64,000 nt of DNA from Dehalococcoidia bacterium (lineage in GTDB: Bacteria > Chloroflexota > Dehalococcoidia > UBA2979): the NCBI GenBank assembly GCA_041390625.1, contig JAWKPM010000006.1:69131-133130 (forward strand), read 5' to 3'. Numbering within the stretch: position 1 is the stretch's first letter; every line of letters begins with the position of its first letter. A program made the position numbers and the translations under genes. Of this stretch, positions 27,216 through 35,513 are shown one piece after another. The notes beneath the pieces were generated by a model that ran no database searches, had not been told where the DNA came from, and was given only the letters and a program-made list of their open reading frames with translations.

Positions 27216-30200
27216 AGCCGCTGCGCCTGCAGATCGAGGGGTTCACGGCGTTCCGGCGGCCGGCGGTCGTCGACTTCCGCGACCGCACGCTGTTCGCGAT
27301 CACCGGGCCGACGGGGGCGGGCAAGTCCTCGATCCTCGACGCGATGACGTGGGCGCTGTACGGCGCCGTGCCTCGGGTGGGGAACGCGACGAAGCAGCTG
27401 ATCACGCACGGCGAGCGGTCGCTGCGCGTGCAGCTCGACTTCGAGGCGCGGGGGCAGACGTACCGGGTGGCGCGGGCGACCTCGTTGAGCAGCAGCGGCG
27501 AGGCGCGCCTCGAGGTGCTGGCGGAGGACGGCGTCGCGTGGCGGTCGCTGTCGGACCGGGCACGTGAAGTCACCGAGCGGGTGACGTCGATCCTCGGGTT
27601 GGACTACGCCACGTTCACAAAGACCATCGTGCTGCCGCAGGGCGAGTTCGCCTCGTTCCTGCGCGGGGACGACAAGGACCGCCGCAAGATCCTGAGTGCG
27701 CTCCTGGGCCTCGAGACGTACATGGCGGCGGGGCGGGCGGCGCGGCAGCGGGCGCGCTCGGCGAAGGACGCGAGCGGGATGCTGGCGGCGCAGATCGAGC
27801 GACTGACGTTCGGGACGCCCGAGGCGATGGCCGCCCTGGAAGCGGAGCGCGCGGAGCTGGCGCGGCTGATCGCGGACCTCGATGTGCGACGCGGACACCT
27901 CGCGGCGCTCGAGGAGGCGACGGCCGCGCACCTCGATGCGCGGCGTGCGCTGGTGGCAGCGACCGAGGCGGCGACCGCGCGCGGCCTGGAGCTGACGCAG
28001 GCGCGCACTGACCTCGAGGGGATCGTGGCGCGGCGTACCGGCCTCGATGCGGACATCGCACGCCTCGAGGGTGAGCGGGCCGCGACGCGCTACGACACGG
28101 AGGAGCACACGCGACTCAAGCGAGCGGTCGAGCTCCTCGAACTGCGCGAGCAGGCCGAGGCCGCGGCGACGCGCGCGCGGGCCGCACTCGCCGAGGCCGA
28201 GCGTCGTGTCGAGGAGGCGCGTAGGAGCGGGACCGCCCTCGATGGTGAGGCGACGAAGGCTGCCGCCGCCGCCGGGGGAGCGAGCGAGGTGCGCGCCGCG
28301 GCCTCGAGTGTCGCGCTCGACGCGGCCGGGCGGGCGGCGACGCTCGCGGAGCGGCTCGAGGCGCTGGCGACCTCGAGCGTTGCCTCGGCGGCGGAAGCGG
28401 ATCGAGCGCGGGCGGCGGCCGAGCAGCGCGTCGCGCAGCTGGAGCAGCTGGCGCGCGTGTTGGCCGGGATCGACGAGGAGACGACGCGCCTCGAAGGTGC
28501 GCGTGCGGCAGCCGAAGCCGCGCTCGCCGACGCGACTGCGCGAGCCGAGGCGAGCGAGCGCGCGGCCGTCGAGGCCGAGGCGGGTCTCACCGAGGCGCGC
28601 GCACGCCTCGATGAGGCGACCGCCGGGGATGCCGCGGCCGCGCTGCGAGCGCGACTCAAGCCGGGCGACGTCTGCCCCGTCTGCGGGGAGGTCATCACCT
28701 CGATCGCGGAGCACGAGGCGACGCCTGACCTCGACGCTGCGCACGGCGCGGTCGAGGAGGCGGAGGCGGCGCTCGGCGCTGCACGTCGCGCGCGCGACCT
28801 CGATGTCTCCGCGCTGGCGCGAGCCACCGCGGCGCGCGACGAGGCACTGGCGGCCGAGGCGCGGCTGGCGCCTCGACGGGACGAGCTCGGCACGGCGCTG
28901 ACGAGTTCGGGAGTCGAGACCGCGGAGGCACTGGCGGCGGCAATCGAATCGACGCGCGCGAGCGGCCTCGATGCGGCGACGGAGCACGGGCGGGCGCGAG
29001 CCTTCGCGGAATCGACGCGCGGGGCCGGGCAGGCGCTGACGCAGATCATTGCCTCGGCGCGGGCGGCGCTCGGCCTCGAGGGGCTCGAGGTCGCGGCCGG
29101 CACGATCGACCTCAATGACGACACGCTCCTCGATGAGGCGGCGCGCGTCGGCGGCGAGCTCGAGCGGGCGCTCACGGCGCGGCAGCAGGCGGCGCGCATC
29201 GAAGAACAGGCCGCGCAGACGGCACGGGCGGCCGAGGATGCCGCTCGGCAGGGCGCCGAGACGCTGCGGCTGGCGGAGCGCGAGCAGGCGGCGGCCGCGC
29301 GTGCGGTCGAGGCGGCGGAGTCACAACTCACCTCGATCGCCGGAACCGGCGAGGCTGGCGCGGGCGCGACGCCCGAGGCGACGCGCACTGCGCTCGCCGA
29401 GGCGGAGCGGCAGGCGGCGAGCGTCGCCTCGATCGACGCGCGGCTGCAGGAACAGCGGACTGCGCTCGCGGTGCTCGTGCAGCAGCAGGACGACCGCAGC
29501 TCGATGGTCGCCCGCCTCGATGGGGAAGTGGCGCAGGCCGAGCGGGCGGGGGCGGAGGCGGCGGAGGCCGACCGCGTCGCGACCTCGACGTTCGAGCAGG
29601 CGTGGGTGGCGCTCGTCGGCAGCGAGACCGGCGCGCCGGCGGCGGACGCCGCGCGCGTGCCGGCGCTACGCCAGCGCATCGAGGACCGGGGACGCGAACA
29701 CGCCTCGAAGCTTGGCGCCCTCGAGGCGCGGATCGCGCAGGCGGCGGAGCAGGCGGCGCTGGCCGCGGAGCTGCGGGCGGAGATCGCGGAGCACGAGTCG
29801 CGTGCCCGCCTCGCGACGTCGCTGGAGCAGGAGCTGCACGCGGACCGTTTCATCGCATACGTGCAGCGCGAGGCGCTGGCGGTGCTGGCGGCCGACGCGT
29901 CCTCGCGGCTGCTTCACCTCACGGCGGAGCGCTACCGGCTGGAGGCGGACGCGGGCGAGTTCGTCGTGATCGACCAGCTCAACGGCGACGAGCGGCGCTC
30001 GGTGAAGACGCTGTCGGGCGGCGAGACCTTCCTCGCGAGCCTCGCGCTCGCCCTCGCATTGTCCGAGCGGCTGCCCGAGATCGCAGGCAACGGCGGGGCG
30101 ATGGCCCTCGAATCGCTGTTCCTCGATGAGGGCTTCGGCTCGCTGGACGCGGAGTCGCTGGACGTCGCGATCGAAGGCCTCGAGCGACTGGCGGGCGGGC

Positions 30201-30346
30201 AGCGGATGATCGGCGTGATCTCGCACGTGCCGGAGATCGCTGAGCGGTTGCCGGAGCGCATCGATGTGCTGAAGTCGCCCGACTCGAGCCGCATCGCGGG
30301 CGCGGTGGCGTCGGTCGAGCCGCCGCCGGTGCCGCACCTCGTTTAG
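27212..30346 (+). CDS. sbcC: SbcC/Rad50 ATPase
   Basis: GTGA overlap with sbcD. Walker A GPTGAGKSS. A long Ala/Glu-rich coiled coil with a central CPVCGE zinc-hook CxxC. Signature LSGGETFLASLALALA. Walker B LFLDEGF. Confidence 0.9.
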   Translation: MKPLRLQIEGFTAFRRPAVVDFRDRTLFAITGPTGAGKSSILDAMTWALYGAVPRVGNATKQLITHGERSLRVQLDFEARGQTYRVARATSLSSSGEARLEVLAEDGVAWRSLSDRAREVTERVTSILGLDYATFTKTIVLPQGEFASFLRGDDKDRRKILSALLGLETYMAAGRAARQRARSAKDASGMLAAQIERLTFGTPEAMAALEAERAELARLIADLDVRRGHLAALEEATAAHLDARRALVAATEAATARGLELTQARTDLEGIVARRTGLDADIARLEGERAATRYDTEEHTRLKRAVELLELREQAEAAATRARAALAEAERRVEEARRSGTALDGEATKAAAAAGGASEVRAAASSVALDAAGRAATLAERLEALATSSVASAAEADRARAAAEQRVAQLEQLARVLAGIDEETTRLEGARAAAEAALADATARAEASERAAVEAEAGLTEARARLDEATAGDAAAALRARLKPGDVCPVCGEVITSIAEHEATPDLDAAHGAVEEAEAALGAARRARDLDVSALARATAARDEALAAEARLAPRRDELGTALTSSGVETAEALAAAIESTRASGLDAATEHGRARAFAESTRGAGQALTQIIASARAALGLEGLEVAAGTIDLNDDTLLDEAARVGGELERALTARQQAARIEEQAAQTARAAEDAARQGAETLRLAEREQAAAARAVEAAESQLTSIAGTGEAGAGATPEATRTALAEAERQAASVASIDARLQEQRTALAVLVQQQDDRSSMVARLDGEVAQAERAGAEAAEADRVATSTFEQAWVALVGSETGAPAADAARVPALRQRIEDRGREHASKLGALEARIAQAAEQAALAAELRAEIAEHESRARLATSLEQELHADRFIAYVQREALAVLAADASSRLLHLTAERYRLEADAGEFVVIDQLNGDERRSVKTLSGGETFLASLALALALSERLPEIAGNGGAMALESLFLDEGFGSLDAESLDVAIEGLERLAGGQRMIGVISHVPEIAERLPERIDVLKSPDSSRIAGAVASVEPPPVPHLV

Positions 30347-30391
30347 CCTCTGGACTGAGCCTCGCCGCCCTCGAGGCCGTACGATGCGGCC

Positions 30392-31225
30392 ATGACCTCG
30401 ATGACTCCAGAGACCTCGATGGACGGATCTCACGTCGCGGCGCTGTACCACCATCCGGTGAAGGGGCTGACGCCCGAGTCGGTTGAGCACCTCAAGGTGC
30501 TCGCGAGCGGGGCGGTCGAGGGTGATCGCGTCCTCGGGCTGCAGCTGGCCGACGCGGGGCCGCCCGTGCGTGGGGAGTGGTGGCCGAAGGACCGCTTCGT
30601 CACGCTGATGACGACGCCGGGGCTCGCCCGCCTCGATGCGCGCTTCGACGTGGAGTCGCGGCGGCTGCGCCTCGAGGCTGGCGGGGAGTTGCTGGCGTCA
30701 GCGCAGCTCGATGACGTGTCGGAGCGAAGCGCCCTCGAGGCGGCCGCGACGGAGTTCGTGCTGTCGCTCGACGAGAACCCGCTGGCGGGGCGGCCGGAGC
30801 GTGCGCCGCTGCGGTTGGTGGGCGACGGACGCACGCCCCGGTTTCATGACCGTGGCGCGCGGCAGGTCACGATCCTCAACCGCGCCTCGGTGCGAGCGCT
30901 GACCGAGGCGATCGGCGCGCCGATCGACGAGCGGCGCTTCCGCGGGAACGTCGTCCTCGATGGGCTGGCGCCGTGGGACGAGTTGACGTGGGTCGGGCGG
31001 GACATCGTCCTCGGGAGCACGCGGTTCCGGGTGACGGGACCGGTGATTCGCTGCCTCGCGACGCACGCGGATCCCGAGGGCGGTGGCCATGACCTGCCGG
31101 TGATGCAGACCCTCGTGCGGGCGTTCGAGCAGGAGCAGCCGACGATGGGCGTGCTGGCCGAGATGCGGGGCGGGGGCGGCGACCTCGATGTGGGCGCGGG
31201 TCTCGAGGTGCGCGCGGAGAGCTAG
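30392..31225 (+). CDS. MOSC domain-containing protein
   Basis: RFRGNVVLDG...GPVIRCLATHADPEGG with the conserved MOSC Cys. 277 aa. Confidence 0.8.
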   Translation: MTSMTPETSMDGSHVAALYHHPVKGLTPESVEHLKVLASGAVEGDRVLGLQLADAGPPVRGEWWPKDRFVTLMTTPGLARLDARFDVESRRLRLEAGGELLASAQLDDVSERSALEAAATEFVLSLDENPLAGRPERAPLRLVGDGRTPRFHDRGARQVTILNRASVRALTEAIGAPIDERRFRGNVVLDGLAPWDELTWVGRDIVLGSTRFRVTGPVIRCLATHADPEGGGHDLPVMQTLVRAFEQEQPTMGVLAEMRGGGGDLDVGAGLEVRAES

Positions 31226-31638
31226 GCGCGGCGGATGCGCGGGCCGATCGCGAAGTTCGCGAACATCGAGACGATCGAGATGATGATGGCGCCGACGACG
31301 GCGTCCCAGAAACCATCGACGTAGAAGTTCAGGTCGAGTTTGCCGGCTGCCCAGGCGGTGGCGCCGAGCATGGCGGCGTTCACGACGATGACGAACAGGC
31401 CGAGGGTCAGGATCACGAGGCAGCACGAGAGCAGCAGCGCGATCGGGCGCACCAGCAGGTTGACGATCGTGAAGATGGCAGTGCCGGCGAGGAGGGATTG
31501 CCAGTCCTCGATGCGGATGCCGGGCACGATCACGGACGCGAGGAAGAGCCCCGTCGCGGCGACGACGAAGCGCAGCAGCAGGACGCCCGGGCTGGCGGGG
31601 TCCGGCGACTGGTAGCGGTAGAAGACGACGCGGCTCAC
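31222..31638 (-). CDS. Phage-holin-IV/DUF360-like small membrane protein
   Basis: 138 aa with 4 TM helices and a GxxxG-rich segment. Convergent with the MOSC gene and overlapping it by 4 nt. Confidence 0.55.
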   Translation of the reverse strand: MSRVVFYRYQSPDPASPGVLLLRFVVAATGLFLASVIVPGIRIEDWQSLLAGTAIFTIVNLLVRPIALLLSCCLVILTLGLFVIVVNAAMLGATAWAAGKLDLNFYVDGFWDAVVGAIIISIVSMFANFAIGPRIRRA

Positions 31639-31686
31639 AGGCCGAGTGTATCGCTCGCGACCTAGGCCCCTCGGCCTCGGTGCGGG

Positions 31687-32727
31687 CTAGACCTCGTCGA
31701 GTCGGACGACGCGGCCGCCCTCGTTCCACGAGCGGTAGACCGCCTCGGTGAACTGCATGTAGCGCACACCGTCCTCGAAGTTGGTGAGCTCGACGGGGGC
31801 ACCGTCGCGGATCGAAGCGACGAAGTCGGCCTCGACCTGCCAGCCGTGCGCCGTGCCCTCGTCGGGGTCGAGCGGCGCGACTTCGCCTCCGACTGGCGCG
31901 AAGGACATCGAGTCGCCCACCCGCCAGTGGAGCGTGCCGTTCGAACCGTAGACGGAGACGCCATTCGCCTCGACGGTCGCGTTCGCGACAGTGCTCAGTC
32001 GCATCGTGAGTCGCGCACCGCTTTCGAGGCGGCCGATCACGCCGAGGCTGTCGGGCACGTCGAGGGTGACCGGCTGGTCGCTGTCGCCGTCGATGCGCGA
32101 GGTGATGAAGGTCTCGGCGTCGGCGGCGACGCGCTCGAAGGGGCCGAGCCAGCGCTGCACGGCCTCGGCGAGGATGCCCATGATCATGACGTTGGCGCCG
32201 GAATAGCGCTGCTGTTCGCGCCAGTGCGGGGGCGCCTCGCGCAGGCTGTTGCCGTTCATCGAGGTGACGTGGACCTCGCGGATCATGCCGAGCGAGCCGT
32301 CGGCGACGAGTCGGCGGATCGTGCGCCACGACTTGAAGTCGAACGGTGCCGGCACGATCTGGGCGACGAGGTCGGGGTGGGCCTGGGAGGCGGCGAGCAT
32401 GTCGCGGGCCTCGGAGGCGTTCATCGCCATGCGGGCCTCGACGAGGACGTGCTTGCCGGCCTCCAGCGCGCGCACGACGAAGTCGCGGTGCATGTAGGGC
32501 CAGGTGCCGATGCAGACGGCATCGATGTCGTCGGCGCCGAAGATGTCGTCGGGGTCGATGGTCACCCGGTCGATGCCGTGGGCGTCGGCGACGCGTTGGC
32601 CACTGGCCTCTGAGCGGTTGCAGACGGCGACGAGCTCCACGCCCTCGATGGCCTGCAGGCCGGGGATGTGGCGCAGGGTCGTGTTGGCGCCGGCGCCGAT
32701 GAAGCCGACGCGGAGTGGTTCAACCAT
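31687..32727 (-). CDS. Gfo/Idh/MocA family oxidoreductase
   Basis: N-terminal Rossmann fold VGFIGAGANTTLRHIPGLQ and an EKP-like motif. 346 aa. Confidence 0.85.
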   Translation of the reverse strand: MVEPLRVGFIGAGANTTLRHIPGLQAIEGVELVAVCNRSEASGQRVADAHGIDRVTIDPDDIFGADDIDAVCIGTWPYMHRDFVVRALEAGKHVLVEARMAMNASEARDMLAASQAHPDLVAQIVPAPFDFKSWRTIRRLVADGSLGMIREVHVTSMNGNSLREAPPHWREQQRYSGANVMIMGILAEAVQRWLGPFERVAADAETFITSRIDGDSDQPVTLDVPDSLGVIGRLESGARLTMRLSTVANATVEANGVSVYGSNGTLHWRVGDSMSFAPVGGEVAPLDPDEGTAHGWQVEADFVASIRDGAPVELTNFEDGVRYMQFTEAVYRSWNEGGRVVRLDEV

Positions 32728-32821
32728 GAGGGAGTTCCTTGCTGTTCGCTGCTGCTCGATCGGGACGGGAGTGTCCCCGTTTCGTGTGGTCGCGACAACC
32801 GTGGGAGGCTGAGGTCCGCGC

Positions 32822-32952
32822 TCCGGGCGGGCAGCCCGCCCACCCGCCCCTCTTCAGCGAGGGGCGCAGCCCCTCGCGCTCCCCGGGGTCCGAATCGTCT
32901 GCGGACGGCGCACCTCGCGCGGTGCGAGGGGCCCTGCCCCTCGCATCCCCCT
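32822..32952. repeat. Intergenic palindromic repeat element, copy C, with a duplicated hairpin module
   Basis: cccgcccacccgcccctcttcagcgaggggcgcagcccctcgcgctcccc, plus a second gcgaggggccctgcccctcgc hairpin. Located 3' of the thiamine-pyrophosphate (TPP) enzyme gene. Confidence 0.55.
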
Positions 32953-32988
32953 GGGGTTCGACCGGCCTCGTGACCGGCGCGCCGCCGT

Positions 32989-34644
32989 CTAGAGGTTCAG
33001 CACCGGGCGCGGGGGCAGCGGCTGCATGGTGTAGGCCGCCGGCAGGTCGACCGTCGGCGTCATTGGCACCTCGATGAGGTGCGGGGCGTTGGACGCGAGG
33101 GCGTCGCTGAGGGCGCGCTTCAGCTCCTCGGGCGACGACGCGCGCGTGGCCGGGACGCCGAAGGACTCGGACATCGCGACGATGTCGGGGTTCTTCAGGT
33201 CGGACGCGATGGTGTGGCCGTTGAAGCGGGTGTCCTGGATGCGGCGGACGTTGCCATAGGCGTTGTCGTTGAAGACGACGGCGACCAGCGGGATGTTGTG
33301 GCGAGCCATCGTCGACAGTTCCTGGACGTTGTAGAAGAAGCCGCCGTCGCCGTTGATCGAGACGACCTTGCGGTCGGGGTTGCCGACCTGCGCGCCGAGG
33401 GCGGTGGCGAAGCCGTAGCCGAGCGTGCCCTGGTAGCCCGAGGTCACCATCGTGCGGGGCTCGTAGACGGGGAAGCCGCCGCCGTGGGCCCAGTAGCCGA
33501 CCTGCGTGCTCTCGCTGACGAGGATGCCGTCGTCCGGCAGGACCTCGCGGATCGCGAGGCCGTAGCTCGACTGGACCGGGAGCTTTGCCATCTCGGCGGT
33601 GACCGAGGCCTTGAGGGCGTTCAGCTCGTCGGCACGGGGGGTGCGGGCACGGTTGTGGCCCGGCACGCGCTGGACGAGGTCGGCGAGGCCTCGCTTCGCG
33701 TCGCCGACGATGCCGAGGTCCGGCGTGCGGTTGCGGCCGACCTCCTCGGGGTCGATGTCGAGCTGGATGAACTTCTGGCCGGCGGGGGCCTCGGCGGCCA
33801 TGCGCGGCGGCATGACGAAGCGCGTGCCGACGGCGAGGACGACATCGGCCTCGGGGAGCAGCGCGCCGAGGGCGGAGGCGCCGGTGACGCCTCGGTGGTC
33901 GCGGTCGGAGACGGCGCCGCGGCCGTTGTTCGTCATGTAGACGGGGGCCTCGAGGATCTCGGACAGCGCGCGGAGCTCCTCCCACGCGCCGGCGGACAGG
34001 ACGCCGCCGCCGGAGACGATGAGTGGGCGCTCGGCCTTGCCGAGCAGCTCGGCGGCCTGCTCGATGAGGTCGGGGTCGGCCTCGGCGCGGCTGAAGGCCT
34101 CGGGCTCGAGGAGGGTGACGTCGCCGACGCGCTCCAGCACGTCAGGCGGGATCTCGATCTCGACGGGCCGCGGGCGGCCGGTCTGCAGCTCGCGCATTGC
34201 GCGGTGGACCATCGCGGGGATCTCCTGCGGGGTCATGGCGCGCTCGACGTGCTTGCACACGGCGGAGATGGTCTCGAGCTGGTTGTTGATCTCGTGGAGG
34301 ACGCCGCGGCCGAGGCCGATGAGGTCGGACTGGATCTGGCCGGAGATGGCGAAGACCGGCGAGGAGCACGCGTAGGCCGTCGAGAGGCCGGCGGCGGCGT
34401 TCAGCAAGCCGGGGCCGGGCACGACCATGAAGGTGCCGATGCGACCGGTGGTGCGGGCGAAGCCGTCCGCCATGTAGGCGCAGGCTTGCTCGTGCCTGGT
34501 GTGGAGCACGGTGATGGCGTCGCGCTCGTCGTAGAGCGCGTCGAACGCGAAGTCCATCTGGATGCCGGGCAGGCCGAAGATGGTGTCGATGCCCTCGATC
34601 TTGAGGGACTGCACGAGGGCCTGCCCGCCGGTCATCTCTGTCAT
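32989..34644 (-). CDS. Thiamine-pyrophosphate-dependent enzyme, acetolactate synthase large subunit-like
   Basis: 551 aa. N-terminal TPP Pyr domain GIDTIFGLPG. C-terminal GDGGF and N-x-x-Y-G-N TPP-binding motif. Confidence 0.85.
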   Translation of the reverse strand: MTEMTGGQALVQSLKIEGIDTIFGLPGIQMDFAFDALYDERDAITVLHTRHEQACAYMADGFARTTGRIGTFMVVPGPGLLNAAAGLSTAYACSSPVFAISGQIQSDLIGLGRGVLHEINNQLETISAVCKHVERAMTPQEIPAMVHRAMRELQTGRPRPVEIEIPPDVLERVGDVTLLEPEAFSRAEADPDLIEQAAELLGKAERPLIVSGGGVLSAGAWEELRALSEILEAPVYMTNNGRGAVSDRDHRGVTGASALGALLPEADVVLAVGTRFVMPPRMAAEAPAGQKFIQLDIDPEEVGRNRTPDLGIVGDAKRGLADLVQRVPGHNRARTPRADELNALKASVTAEMAKLPVQSSYGLAIREVLPDDGILVSESTQVGYWAHGGGFPVYEPRTMVTSGYQGTLGYGFATALGAQVGNPDRKVVSINGDGGFFYNVQELSTMARHNIPLVAVVFNDNAYGNVRRIQDTRFNGHTIASDLKNPDIVAMSESFGVPATRASSPEELKRALSDALASNAPHLIEVPMTPTVDLPAAYTMQPLPPRPVLNL

Positions 34645-34804
34645 GTCGAAGCCTCCTGGCCGCTAGCGGAGCCGCCACGGTACAGGGTTCCGTCTACCCT
34701 CGCGAGGCGGCCGAATACGGGCTGGACGCGTTATCCAATAGTGGTCCACGGGTCGTCAACAGGCTCTTCAACGGGGCTTGTGTGCCCCGTCTACACTGCC
34801 CCCG

Positions 34805-35503
34805 ATGCGGGTACTTCTCGTCGGTATCGACACGCAAACGGCGGCTCAAATCGAGGCGGCGCTGGGCCTCGAGATCGACGATCTCGAGTTCGAGCAGCGT
34901 GCCGCCGCGCGCCTCGAGGCGGACGATGTGCGGGCGTTCGACCCGGACGTCATCTTCGTCGACGCGCGCGCGCTCGAGGCCTGTCCCACGGTGCGTCGCG
35001 CCTCGGATCAGCCGATGCTCGTGCTGACGGGCAACGAGCCGATCGACCGTGGACGCGCGCTGCGCCTGGGGGCGACGGGCTTCGTGAGGCAGCCTTTCCT
35101 GCCGGCCGACCTGCTGACGCGCGTGCGCGCGGCGGCACGGCTGCTGGGCGAGCCGACGGGCGCCGGCGGGCAGCCTGCCTTTGAGGCAGGTCCGCTGCGG
35201 ATCGACTATGCTGCTCGCTCGGTGACCGTCAGTGGCGGAGCAGTGCGGCTCTCCGCCGTCGAGTACGGCATCCTCTACCACCTCGCGCGGCATGCCGGGC
35301 GCACGCTTTCGCATCGCACGCTCCTCTCCAAGGTGTGGGGGCGTGAGTTTGCGGATGACATCGAGTGCCTGACGGTCCAGGTGGAACAGCTGCGCGTGAA
35401 GCTGAACGATGCCGGTGCGGGTCCGCCCGGCATCACGAGTCGCCAGGGGGTGGGTTTCGCGTTGATCGCGGAACCCCTATCGTCCCCCGCCCGGCCCGCG
35501 TGA
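34805..35503 (+). CDS. OmpR-type response regulator with a winged-helix output domain and an atypical receiver
   Basis: The C-terminal LRIDYAARSVTVSGGAVRLSAVEYGILYHL is an OmpR/PhoB trans_reg_C domain. The receiver lacks the canonical N-terminal acidic pair. Confidence 0.7.
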   Translation: MRVLLVGIDTQTAAQIEAALGLEIDDLEFEQRAAARLEADDVRAFDPDVIFVDARALEACPTVRRASDQPMLVLTGNEPIDRGRALRLGATGFVRQPFLPADLLTRVRAAARLLGEPTGAGGQPAFEAGPLRIDYAARSVTVSGGAVRLSAVEYGILYHLARHAGRTLSHRTLLSKVWGREFADDIECLTVQVEQLRVKLNDAGAGPPGITSRQGVGFALIAEPLSSPARPA

Positions 35504-35513
35504 CGCCGCGGGA

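Noticed and set aside
28090-29853. 587-aa antisense ORF inside sbcC (and 28047..28901, 29049..29969 +)
   Set aside because: The Ala/Ser/Arg repeats mirror the Ala/Glu-rich Rad50 coiled-coil codons on the opposite strand or frame.
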